DNA from: a bacterium
GTDB taxonomy: Bacteria > Margulisbacteria > Marinamargulisbacteria > SXXA01
Direction: 5' to 3'
Assembly (NCBI GenBank): GCA_010028705.1
Contig: RHAI01000001.1
Span: 3,104 to 67,103, forward strand
Length of the DNA stretch: 64,000 nt
Positions 48,544-57,385 of the stretch are shown piece by piece. The translations under genes and the position numbers were made by a program. Position 1 is the stretch's first letter. Each line of letters opens with the position of its first letter. The notes beneath the pieces were generated by a model. That model saw nothing but the letters and a program-made list of their open reading frames with translations. It ran no database searches and was not told where the DNA came from.

Positions 48544-50225
48544 CACTCCGAGTGATTAAAGACACTTATACCATTCAATCCGAACTTTTCAGGGACTCGA
48601 TATCCCGTTCTTTCGCAGGAAACTCGCCAACAGGGGACGTCATTATCACGCAATACGATCCCAAATTTACGGGATCCGGCACAGTCAATGCGTTAATCAC
48701 CGTGGGAAATCGGTGGTTAAATGCCTCGGGTGACTACGGCCCGCGATTAATCGATTTTCATTATGACGGCCAATCCTTTTATGCCATATATTCAGTCCAG
48801 AAACCGTGTCGGCCATTAGTCACTGTATTACGGGATTCCCCATCGATATCAATGCAGATGTTAGATCAATGGACCAAAGAGTTGCTCGATCAACTCTGTA
48901 TCCTTGAATCACTGGGTGTATATCATGGGGGAATAAGTCTCCATTCGATAGTGATTGACGGAGAGGGAAAGCTGTCGACAATCCATGCAGGGCTTCATGC
49001 TGAAATCGTACGCCTCAATCTTTCCGAGATACGCCAAATCGAATCCGCTATTTTTCTGACTGAATCCCAATTAAATGGCCACCCATCAGTGATTCAAGAT
49101 GACATTCATGCGGTTGGAGTTCTCACTTACCTGTTCTTTTCAAATACATGGCCCTACGAATTTACCGGGGAGCTGGCACGAGCACGCGCATTAATCGGGG
49201 TTCGGCATCGTCCCTTTTCACCGTCAAACGAACTCATTCCTTCCAATTACCCAATGATTATTGACTGCGCATTGATGTCTAAATCGGGCGACGGATACCC
49301 CTCTATGCAAGAACTGAGATCGGCATTTTTACCAACTAAAGCTCCACAACCGACTCCCAATTCCCCAATTATTGATCCTATCAGTACCGAGATTGCCCGG
49401 GGGCGCGATTCAGATGAACGCCAACCGCTTGATTCCCGAATCCTCGATGTATTTCATCGCAAAAAACGCATTATAACCACCGTGATCATTGGGTTAGTGT
49501 TAGCATTTACCACAAATTACCTGTACGTATCGTATGTCACCTCGATTCCTGAAATTACCGTTCCAAATATTCAAGGCGAATCACTGACCTCAGGTATATC
49601 GCAGTTGGAAGCGGTCCATCTCCAAGGAAAAGTGGCCGCCTATCGACCCGACTATACTGTGCCAGAAGGTACCATTTTAGAAACTCGCCCACCCGGAGGG
49701 CGCCAAGTTAAGCAAAACCGAATCATTCTATTAACTGTTTCAAAATATACTTCCGAATTAAAAATGCCCGATTTAATTGGGCGAACAATTACTGACGCGC
49801 AACAACTTCTGCCAAACCCAAAAACAAAAATTAAAATTATTGGAGATGCGTTTTCGATGTCGGCAACAGCCGGTGAAATCATGTCACAAATCCCAACTCC
49901 GGGAGTAACTATTAACGCCAATTCAGCCGTTCAAGTTACGATCAGTAAGGGGTTTCCGGTCCAGATAGACATCCATCCAGGCGGAAAAAAATATATTGCG
50001 ACGATAATTATTGGGGTTCCACCCGATTGGCCCGAGCAAGAAATTAGAGTAACAGTAAAGCATGGCGGCACAAGCCAACAGCTACTATCGAAGACAGTAT
50101 CCCCAGGAGATACGACTCAGACATCCGCCCCCCTCGATCTGTCCGACACATTGTCCGTCAGCTACAATGGAAAATCAGCTATCTCACAGTCTGTAAAAGA
50201 CCTACTGGCAGAAGAGGCGGAATGA
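48540..50225 (+). CDS. Membrane-anchored protein-kinase-like (probable pseudokinase) with two extracytoplasmic PASTA domains
   Basis: The N-terminal ~330 aa have a kinase-like layout with degenerate motifs. The Gly loop reads FTGSGTVNALITV with no obvious VAIK Lys. The catalytic loop reads YHGGISLHSIVID instead of HRDLKPxN. No DFG is present. A TM helix (IITTVIIGLVLAFTTNYLYV) follows. Two PASTA modules follow (VPNIQGESLTSGISQLEAVHLQG...ILLTVSK; MPDLIGRTITDAQQLL...VQVTISKG). The start is inferred as TTG at 48540, overlapping the upstream stop. The ORF track starts at 48399. Confidence 0.55.
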   Translation: MTLRVIKDTYTIQSELFRDSISRSFAGNSPTGDVIITQYDPKFTGSGTVNALITVGNRWLNASGDYGPRLIDFHYDGQSFYAIYSVQKPCRPLVTVLRDSPSISMQMLDQWTKELLDQLCILESLGVYHGGISLHSIVIDGEGKLSTIHAGLHAEIVRLNLSEIRQIESAIFLTESQLNGHPSVIQDDIHAVGVLTYLFFSNTWPYEFTGELARARALIGVRHRPFSPSNELIPSNYPMIIDCALMSKSGDGYPSMQELRSAFLPTKAPQPTPNSPIIDPISTEIARGRDSDERQPLDSRILDVFHRKKRIITTVIIGLVLAFTTNYLYVSYVTSIPEITVPNIQGESLTSGISQLEAVHLQGKVAAYRPDYTVPEGTILETRPPGGRQVKQNRIILLTVSKYTSELKMPDLIGRTITDAQQLLPNPKTKIKIIGDAFSMSATAGEIMSQIPTPGVTINANSAVQVTISKGFPVQIDIHPGGKKYIATIIIGVPPDWPEQEIRVTVKHGGTSQQLLSKTVSPGDTTQTSAPLDLSDTLSVSYNGKSAISQSVKDLLAEEAE

Positions 50226-51352
50226 TTACCGAATTTGAGACGCAAACCCTCAAACATTTATTAGCCATATCGCGACGAAATGCATGGAAAACTCGTCCAA
50301 ATCCTGCGGCTGTTGCCGCCGTGGTTAACGATGGCGTTATATTAGGGATTGGACACCATCGGGGAAAAGGATCTCCACACGCAGAAGTCGATATACTCCA
50401 TCGATTGGGTGATCGCGCCAAGGATTCCACCATTATTGTGACGCTTGAACCCTGTACTCACTGGGGAGACAATCCCCCGTGCACATCAGCCATCATTGCC
50501 AGTGGCATTAAGCGAGTGATATTTCCCATAATTGACCCCAATCCCCTGGTCAGAAAAAATTCCGCCACCGAATTACTTCAAGCCCATGGCATCGAGGTGA
50601 TTTCGGGTGTGTTGGTGGAAGAAGCCGCTGAAGCCAATATCGAATTCTTTACCCACATTAGTCAACAACGCCCGTACGTGACCGCAAAAATTGCGTGCTC
50701 GCTCGATGGAAAAATGGGATTGGATAACGGGGAAAGTTTTCCCATTTCAAGCGCGACATCGCTTCATAAGGTACACCAACTTCGAAATAAAATGGACGCT
50801 ATAATGGTGGGAGTCAACACCATTATTAACGATAATCCAAGATTAACAATTCGAGGGATTAGATCCCCCAATCGACTAATAAAGATCATCGTCGACTCCC
50901 ATGCCAGAGTGCCTTTAAACGCTCGTTGCTTTGAAAATACAGACCCGGCCGATGTATTTGTTATTACAGGGAACGATTGCCCTATAGACGCCATAAATGC
51001 CCTCAAATCCAAATCAACCATAATTGAGCTTCCCTTTGCGTCGTTAAAAGGCCGCTTTGACGCCGTAGTAAAGGCATTGTACCCGTATTCAATTTATCAT
51101 GTGCTTCTCGAGGGCGGCCCCACCTTATTGTCCGATGCGATAGATCACCAACTCGTCGACCGCCTAATCGTCATCCAGTCTCCAATACTTATCGGAGGTA
51201 CATCAAAATATTCATTTTACTCGGGGAACTCGACCCAAACCCTGAATAGTGCCCTACAATTTCAAACAATCAGACGTCAATCAATTGGCCCCGATATCTG
51301 GATTGAGGGAATGATTCACCGTCCGACATCCAATCTAACTAAAGGAATTTAA
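50222..51352 (+). CDS. ribD: Bifunctional riboflavin biosynthesis protein RibD (deaminase/reductase)
   Basis: A 376 aa ORF with the CDA zinc motifs HAEVDIL and LEPCTHWGDNPPC, plus a C-terminal RibG-type reductase domain. Confidence 0.85.
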   Translation: MITEFETQTLKHLLAISRRNAWKTRPNPAAVAAVVNDGVILGIGHHRGKGSPHAEVDILHRLGDRAKDSTIIVTLEPCTHWGDNPPCTSAIIASGIKRVIFPIIDPNPLVRKNSATELLQAHGIEVISGVLVEEAAEANIEFFTHISQQRPYVTAKIACSLDGKMGLDNGESFPISSATSLHKVHQLRNKMDAIMVGVNTIINDNPRLTIRGIRSPNRLIKIIVDSHARVPLNARCFENTDPADVFVITGNDCPIDAINALKSKSTIIELPFASLKGRFDAVVKALYPYSIYHVLLEGGPTLLSDAIDHQLVDRLIVIQSPILIGGTSKYSFYSGNSTQTLNSALQFQTIRRQSIGPDIWIEGMIHRPTSNLTKGI

Positions 51353-51355
51353 TCC

Positions 51356-52255
51356 ATGACCGAATTCAATTACACGCCAACCTTAACCAAACTGCCGTTT
51401 CCCCTGTTTCGACAAGGTAAGGTCCGAGAAGTCTACGATATTGGACCTTATTACCTGTTTGTAACTAGTGACCGAGTGTCCGCGTTTGACCATGTACTCG
51501 AAACCACTATTCCTGACAAAGGTAAGATTCTGAATTCCATTTCTGAATATTGGTTTAAACAGACTCGACGAATTTGCCCCAATCACATGCTAACGGCTGA
51601 CGTAATGGACTTCCCAATGGAGCTGAATCCCTACTCGAATGACCTACGCCATCGATCCATGGTTGTTGCGAAAACCATCCCAATTGATGTGGAATGCGTA
51701 GTCAGAGGATATATGGCCGGATCAGCATGGCAAGAATATCAACAACGAGGAAGCGTTGCGGGTATTTCCTTACCCAAGGGACTGCGACTTGGATCACCGT
51801 TACCTGAGCCACTATTTACTCCGGCAGTAAAAAATCATTCGGGTCACGACGAAAATATTACATTTGAGGAGATGGCACATTTAGTCGGTGACGATGTGGC
51901 GTCACAATTGAAGAAAATTAGTATTAACCTATTTACATTTGCTCACGAAAAAGTGAGCCATAGCGGCCTCATTTTAGCGGACACCAAATTTGAATTCGGA
52001 TGGCTAAACAACACCATTATATTAATCGACGAAGCACTGACTCCGGATTCCAGCCGGTATTGGGAGACAGAGCATTATAAACTCGACGAATCGCCACCAA
52101 GCTTCGACAAACAAATCGTACGAGACTACTTAAACCATGTCTGGTCAGAACCAGATCCTGTTCCACCTCTACCTTCAGAAGTCGTCGAAAAGGTGGTGAG
52201 AAAATACAATGAAGGATTTGAGAGGATAACGGGAGCTAAACTAATGCCATTTTAA
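51356..52255 (+). CDS. purC: Phosphoribosylaminoimidazole-succinocarboxamide synthase (SAICAR synthetase)
   Basis: A 299 aa ORF with GKVREVYDIGPYYLFVTSDRVSAFD, typical of the long-form PurC. Confidence 0.9.
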   Translation: MTEFNYTPTLTKLPFPLFRQGKVREVYDIGPYYLFVTSDRVSAFDHVLETTIPDKGKILNSISEYWFKQTRRICPNHMLTADVMDFPMELNPYSNDLRHRSMVVAKTIPIDVECVVRGYMAGSAWQEYQQRGSVAGISLPKGLRLGSPLPEPLFTPAVKNHSGHDENITFEEMAHLVGDDVASQLKKISINLFTFAHEKVSHSGLILADTKFEFGWLNNTIILIDEALTPDSSRYWETEHYKLDESPPSFDKQIVRDYLNHVWSEPDPVPPLPSEVVEKVVRKYNEGFERITGAKLMPF

Positions 52256-52258
52256 TAA

Positions 52259-52335
52259 TGGCGGGAGCGAAGGGACTCGAACCCTCGACCTCCTGCGTGA
52301 CAGGCAGGCGTTCTAACCAGCTGAACTACGCCCCC
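52259..52335 (-). tRNA. tRNA-Asp (anticodon GTC)
   Basis: The reverse complement reads GGGGGCGTAGTTCAGCTGGTTAGAACGCCTGCCTGTCACGCAGGAGGTCGAGGGTTCGAGTCCCTTCGCTCCCGCCA. It has a 7-bp acceptor stem, the anticodon loop CTGTCAC and the T-arm GGTTCGAGTCC. Confidence 0.85.
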
Positions 52336-52381
52336 GAGTTGTCCTCAGAAACCGTTTGGGATTATAACCCCTTAATGAAAG

Positions 52382-52912
52382 ATGCACAACACAATGGTAA
52401 AAAAGTTTAATTATATTTTAGGAATAATCGGTCTGCTTGCAACGCACCTCACCGCAAGCGATATTCCGTTTCGCACACAGTTCTACTCCGTGATCCTATC
52501 GAGTGATTTCGTCACGACTCCAAATAATAAACAGAGCAGTATTAATTACTTTATATTGCCATCCATCGCTACGTTTTCAATAACCACGTACGATTTAAAC
52601 TTCACACCAACCCCTGGGGCCATCGAAGCGATACGAATTCATGACCGGTACGACGGCTGGATATTGAAACACCGCAGAGACCTAACATCGGATGAATTAA
52701 GCCGATCAAACTCCCAATCCGGATCGCTCGCAGTCTACGGTTTCACTCGAATGGACGCAAATTCACTCAAAATAAAAAATAAATTATCCATCGAATACAG
52801 CTACATTACCAACCACAGATCGGCTGTAATCACGGTTGAAACCGACGACACGCACTGGAAACACCTCGAACCAAAAATAAAACAATTTGTTCGCTTGTTT
52901 ATGTTTATATAA
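52382..52912 (+). CDS. Hypothetical secreted protein
   Basis: A 176 aa ORF with a signal peptide (YILGIIGLLATHLTASD). No recognised motif was found. Confidence 0.35.
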   Translation: MHNTMVKKFNYILGIIGLLATHLTASDIPFRTQFYSVILSSDFVTTPNNKQSSINYFILPSIATFSITTYDLNFTPTPGAIEAIRIHDRYDGWILKHRRDLTSDELSRSNSQSGSLAVYGFTRMDANSLKIKNKLSIEYSYITNHRSAVITVETDDTHWKHLEPKIKQFVRLFMFI

Positions 52913-52983
52913 TCTATATTTTACTTGACGTAGTAAATATAAGTAGTTAATTTAATCCTCATCGAATTAATAAGGGAGGATTT

Positions 52984-53349
52984 ATGGCGTTTAATTTTAA
53001 TCAAGCTACACTAGTGGGCCGTCTGACCCGCGACCCAGAATTAAAACAAGTAGGTGATGGGGTATCAAAAGCCTATTTCACGTTGGCAATCAGCCGAGGT
53101 TATAAACGCCCTGACGACACAATAGAAACCGACTTTATCCCCGTGTCACTTTGGGGTAAAAACGCAGAAACGGCTTATCTTTTATTAAAAAAAGGAGCCC
53201 CTGTTTTAGTTACTGGCCGAATTCAGGTTCGAGTATATGAAAAAAACGACGTAGTTCGAAGTATGGCTGAACTGGTCGCTGAACATTTTCAAATACTTGA
53301 AAAACGAAACCGCCTGGAACCCCAATTAGAAATTACCGAAGTAAATTAA
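52984..53349 (+). CDS. ssb: Single-stranded DNA-binding protein, short OB-fold form without an acidic tail
   Basis: A 121 aa ORF: MAFNFNQATLVGRLTRDPELKQVGDGVSKAYFTLAISR...FIPVSLWGKNAETAYLLLKKGAPVLVTGRIQVRVYE. It matches the SSB OB-fold pattern. An SD (AGGGAGGA) lies upstream. Confidence 0.7.
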   Translation: MAFNFNQATLVGRLTRDPELKQVGDGVSKAYFTLAISRGYKRPDDTIETDFIPVSLWGKNAETAYLLLKKGAPVLVTGRIQVRVYEKNDVVRSMAELVAEHFQILEKRNRLEPQLEITEVN

Positions 53350-53755
53350 CACACCCAAATCCCACGTTGATCACGGCTTTGTTGCCAAATGCTCCATCTG
53401 CCCCATTTTCGCTCTACTCATGTCGCTCTGCACCACCACGTGGAGAAAGAAACGGCGAATCTGAATCATTTGGCAACATCGCTATTTCTGAAAATAATCC
53501 ATTTTGCAACAGGCCCAACAACGAAAAAGACCGACGTCCACCGTTTAGCGGAGATCCACAGCCTAACTCACCAGTAACCCAGCCAATCAATCACTACAAT
53601 TCAACAAGGTTATCCCTTGTATCCTTCAGATATCAATTAAAATCAACTAGTACGGCATACACTCGACCAATTTAATTCGGACTCATTTCCCCCGACTATT
53701 AGCTTAACAAAAGAGAAAAGCACCGAGGAAAAAAATAAACCAATTTTAATAAATG

Positions 53756-53832
<77 letters not shown>

Positions 53833-53834
53833 AG

Positions 53835-54326
53835 TTACCGTTCATCAAAATACTTGGAGAAATCGTCGGGCTTAATGTTGTCAATAAATTCGCGGAATTT
53901 CTGAGCCTCTTCTTCATCCTTTTCAGCATTGACCATTTTAGCTTTCGCCATCACGGACTCAGATACAAACACCGGCGAACCTGTCCGAACCGCGATCGCA
54001 ATTGCATCGGATGGACGGGCATCGACTTTTAACGAGGTACCGCTGTTAGACAAAATTTCTACAAATGCGTAAAAAGTATTATCAAGAATGTCATTAATCG
54101 CCACTTTTACGACTTTACCACCAAACAACTCAATCAACTTGGTAATCAAATCGTGAGTCATCGGACGGGGCGGCTTGAATTCCTGAAGTTCCATGGCAAT
54201 CGCGGCGGCCTCGAACATGCCGATCCAAATTGGTAGAAAATTCCGGTCTTCCATATCCCGCAATAATACAATAGGAGACATATTTTTAGGATCAAATCCA
54301 AGCCCCCCCAATTGCATTTCAATCAT
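53835..54326 (-). CDS. Bifunctional nuclease (BFN/DUF151) domain protein
   Basis: A 163 aa ORF. ...PIVLLRDMEDRNFLPIWIGMFEAAAIAMELQEFKPPRPMTHDLI... matches the BFN-domain signature (P.VLL......LPIWIG..EA.AI..........RP.THDL). Confidence 0.6.
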   Translation of the reverse strand: MIEMQLGGLGFDPKNMSPIVLLRDMEDRNFLPIWIGMFEAAAIAMELQEFKPPRPMTHDLITKLIELFGGKVVKVAINDILDNTFYAFVEILSNSGTSLKVDARPSDAIAIAVRTGSPVFVSESVMAKAKMVNAEKDEEEAQKFREFIDNIKPDDFSKYFDER

Positions 54327-54345
54327 ACAATTACCTTTACAGTAT

Positions 54346-54693
54346 TTACTTTGATGCTAATTGAACAACAGACCTGAAAGTTTCAGGATTGGAAATCGCC
54401 AATTCGGACAACATCTTTCGATTTATCTCAATATTATTACGTTTCAAACCACCAATAAATCGCGAATATGAGATACCCTCAGCAGTAACCGCGGCGTTTA
54501 TTCGGGAAATCCACAATGCCCGAAAATCACCTTTTTTGTCACGACGATCGACGTACATGTGGCGCATCGCTTGAAGAACTGCCTGGTGGGCCTGACGATA
54601 TAATTTTGAAATACCACCGCGGTATCCTTTTGCAAACTTGAGAACTTTTTTTCGTCGATTTCGGGCAACATTACCTCGTTTAACTCGAACCAT
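54346..54693 (-). CDS. rplT: 50S ribosomal protein L20
   Basis: [27 protein letters not shown]... is canonical bL20. Confidence 0.95.
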   Translation of the reverse strand: MVRVKRGNVARNRRKKVLKFAKGYRGGISKLYRQAHQAVLQAMRHMYVDRRDKKGDFRALWISRINAAVTAEGISYSRFIGGLKRNNIEINRKMLSELAISNPETFRSVVQLASK

Positions 54694-54719
54694 AACTCTT
54701 TAACTCCTATCCTAATATT

Positions 54720-54914
54720 CTAAGCGTAAGGTAAGCACGCTTTAATTTTGTTCATGTCTGAATCAGACACTGCAAAAAAGCCCCGCTTGTTTCGCTTAAG
54801 TTTGGACGATTTGTGACCTAATAAATGCCGCCTCCCTGAAACATTACGAACTACTTTTCCGGTAGATGTAATTTTGAATCGTTTAGCTGCTGCTTTTTTT
54901 GTTTTTAATTTCAT
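54720..54914 (-). CDS. rpmI: 50S ribosomal protein L35
   Basis: MKLKTKKAAAKRFKITSTGKVVR...; 64 aa, canonical bL35. Confidence 0.9.
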   Translation of the reverse strand: MKLKTKKAAAKRFKITSTGKVVRNVSGRRHLLGHKSSKLKRNKRGFFAVSDSDMNKIKACLPYA

Positions 54915-54942
54915 AAAGTACTGACCTTTAACCTTTCAAATT

Positions 54943-55446
54943 TTATTTGGGATTCAAAAACGCAATTAAGGACCGACCTGATTGACTCACTTGCCCCTCT
55001 AAAGTGCCATTCTCACGCAACAAGTCCACAAATTTATCCACGTTTTGACGACCTAACTCGGGGTGAATAATTTCCCGACCACGGAATGATACGGATACTT
55101 TAACCTTAAACCCTTTTTCTAAAAACTCTCGTCCGTGATTTACCCGAACCATCAAATCGTGCTCCGATATTTTGGCGCTCAATTTGAGTTCTTTAATAAC
55201 ATGGCTCTTGGATTTTTTTTGAGCTTGTTTTTCTTTTTTTCGCTGTTGGTACTTAAATTGACCAAAGTTGACCAACTTGCATACCGGCGGATCAGAGGTT
55301 TCCGAGACGAGCATTAAATCTAAATTACCGTCCCTCGCCATTGTCATCGCACTCTCTATTGGGACAATACCGTGCTGAGTACCATCATCGCCAATCAGTC
55401 GCACAGTGCGAGCTTTGATTTTTTCATTTAGTAAATACTTTTTTAT
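54943..55446 (-). CDS. infC: Translation initiation factor IF-3, with a probable non-AUG (AUA) start
   Basis: The conserved IF3 N-terminus LNEKIKARTVRLIGDDGTQHGIV lies upstream of the GTG at 55404 used by the ORF track. The frame is open back to an ATA codon at 55446-55444. That ATA is preceded by AGGAGG at a 7-nt spacing. infC classically uses AUU/AUA for autoregulation. Confidence 0.8.
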   Translation of the reverse strand: MKKYLLNEKIKARTVRLIGDDGTQHGIVPIESAMTMARDGNLDLMLVSETSDPPVCKLVNFGQFKYQQRKKEKQAQKKSKSHVIKELKLSAKISEHDLMVRVNHGREFLEKGFKVKVSVSFRGREIIHPELGRQNVDKFVDLLRENGTLEGQVSQSGRSLIAFLNPK

Positions 55447-55639
55447 ACTGGTTCCTCCTGTATCTCCGGAACATCTTGCCTAACGTCGAGAATACAGAAT
55501 TCAATCCAGTCGGCATGGCCGAGAGAGTATATATTCTATCTAAAAAAAATGTCAATGTGGCGAGGTCATTTTAAGTTCAAAATGTATCCGTATTATTGTC
55601 TCAATTTTTTTAACAACGATGGATCAACATAATTCACAG

Positions 55640-55790
55640 GCCTGTGTATAACTTGTAGATAACTAGTGAAAATCTATGATATTTGTTATTAAAAAAAACA
55701 CGAAATAACCCGTAATAAGGCATTAAATTAAACTCAAATCAATTAGATAAAAATCTCCCTATATACAAAAACACAATCTGTGGATAACCT
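55640..55790. promoter_or_regulatory. DnaA-box cluster upstream of dnaA (candidate oriC part or dnaA autoregulatory region)
   Basis: A perfect TGTGGATAA (rc TTATCCACA) lies at 55779-55787. TGTGTATAA at 55643-55651 matches TGTGNATAA. A 1-mismatch TGTAGATAA lies at 55653-55661. The surrounding sequence is AT-rich. Confidence 0.55.
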
Positions 55791-55796
55791 GTTGAA

Positions 55797-57140
55797 ATGT
55801 TGCATGAACTTTGGGAAAAAATATTGATCAACCTCAATCAAACATTATCGGGTCCGGGATATCAAACATTCGTCTCATCATCTATTCCAAAATCATTCGA
55901 AGACAATATCTTAACCATTACTGTTGGAAATCGCTTCTCGATGGATTGGATTAAGGAAAAGTGTGAACAATCTGTTCGTGACACACTTCAACAAAACGGA
56001 TTCTACCCTGTAATCGTTATGTACGATATTGATTCTACCCCGGTCACCAATGAATCCAGTCAAATGGATTTACTTGAGGTCACCACCCCGCCCCCTGTAA
56101 TTACAAATCCAAATGGGATGTTTAATCCCAAATATAATTTTGACAACTTTATTGTCGGCCATAACAACCGCTTTGCACATGCGGCATCGGAAGCAGTCTC
56201 CAAGGCACCCGCCAAAGCGTACAACCCCCTCTTTATTTATGGGTCTGTTGGACTAGGTAAAACACATTTGCTCCACGCGATTGGCAACGAAATTCAGAAA
56301 AAACACCCAAAACTCAAACTATTTATGGTGTCATCAGAAAAATTTACGAACGAACTTATTAATTCGATCAAAGATAAAAAAGTCGAAAACTTTAGATCGA
56401 AATACCGAAACGTTGATGTGTTACTCGTCGACGATATCCAATTTTTATCTGGGAAGGAACAAACTCAGGAGGAATTTTTTCACACATTTAACGAACTTCA
56501 CAGCAACAACAAGCAAATAATATTGACCTCAGACCGACCACCAAAAGAAATTCCAACACTTGAAATTCGACTGAGAACTCGCTTTGAATGGGGATTAATC
56601 GCCGACATTCAACCTCCTGAATTTGAAACTAGAATTGCTATTCTTAGAAAAAAAATTGAGTTATATAACATTCGGATTTCCGACGAGATCCTTCATTTTA
56701 TTGCAACTCAAATTCCGACAAACGTCCGCGAAATGGAAGGATGCCTGACTAAAATTTCGGCATATGCGTCACTTCTAAATACGGAAATTACCCTTTCAAT
56801 TGCGAGTAACGTCATTCGGGATATGATTGGCATTAAAAACGATAAACCGCTCACAATCACTCACATCAAACGGAAAGTATGTGATTACTTTAACGTATCA
56901 AACGTCGATCTATGCTCCAAAGGCCGAACAAGAGAACTGACGTACGCGCGGCAAATTGCGATGTATTTAGCCAGGGAATTAACGAACGTGTCACTGCCAA
57001 AAATTGGCGAAAATTTTGGAGATCGTGACCATAGTACCGTCATGCATGCATGTGACAAAGTGAAAACGTTGTTAGTGAATGACCCTGAAACAAAAAGTAT
57101 CATCAATCTGCTAATATCAAATATCAAAAACGACGAATAA
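55797..57140 (+). CDS. dnaA: Chromosomal replication initiator protein DnaA
   Basis: A 447 aa ORF with the AAA+ Walker A GSVGLGKTHLLHAIGNE, Walker B LLVDDIQF and a C-terminal DnaA-box-binding HTH (...YARQIAMYLARELTNVSLPKIGENFGDRDHSTVMHA). Confidence 0.95.
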   Translation: MLHELWEKILINLNQTLSGPGYQTFVSSSIPKSFEDNILTITVGNRFSMDWIKEKCEQSVRDTLQQNGFYPVIVMYDIDSTPVTNESSQMDLLEVTTPPPVITNPNGMFNPKYNFDNFIVGHNNRFAHAASEAVSKAPAKAYNPLFIYGSVGLGKTHLLHAIGNEIQKKHPKLKLFMVSSEKFTNELINSIKDKKVENFRSKYRNVDVLLVDDIQFLSGKEQTQEEFFHTFNELHSNNKQIILTSDRPPKEIPTLEIRLRTRFEWGLIADIQPPEFETRIAILRKKIELYNIRISDEILHFIATQIPTNVREMEGCLTKISAYASLLNTEITLSIASNVIRDMIGIKNDKPLTITHIKRKVCDYFNVSNVDLCSKGRTRELTYARQIAMYLARELTNVSLPKIGENFGDRDHSTVMHACDKVKTLLVNDPETKSIINLLISNIKNDE

Positions 57141-57147
57141 TGATTCC

Positions 57148-57355
57148 GTTGATAACGCTGCGTATAACTACCTAACTTTTTGTTGATAACTGTTGATAAC
57201 AGTATGGTTATTATTTTTTTCCGCATTTTTATCTACAGTCCAATTTACTATTTTTAATTGAATAACCAAATAAAATAGACTTTATTAACATATTAACAGG
57301 TCCCTACTAGATACTAAATTTAAAATAAATATATTAATCTTTATAAAAGCTATTA
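57148..57355. promoter_or_regulatory. Candidate oriC: DnaA-box cluster plus an AT-rich DNA-unwinding element between dnaA and dnaN
   Basis: Four DnaA-box-like 9-mers lie within 57148-57200 (cgTTGATAA, TGcGTATAA, TGTtGATAA x2; 1-2 mismatches to TGTGNATAA). A ~125-nt stretch that is mostly A/T follows at 57230-57355, just before dnaN. Confidence 0.55.
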
Positions 57356-57385
57356 ATGAATCATCAAGAATTAAGCCGAGGAAAC

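Noticed and set aside
53367-53675. 102-aa and 62-aa ORFs downstream of ssb
   Set aside because: They have no RBS and a low-complexity, Pro/Ser-rich translation. The region is more likely non-coding (see the inverted-repeat finding).
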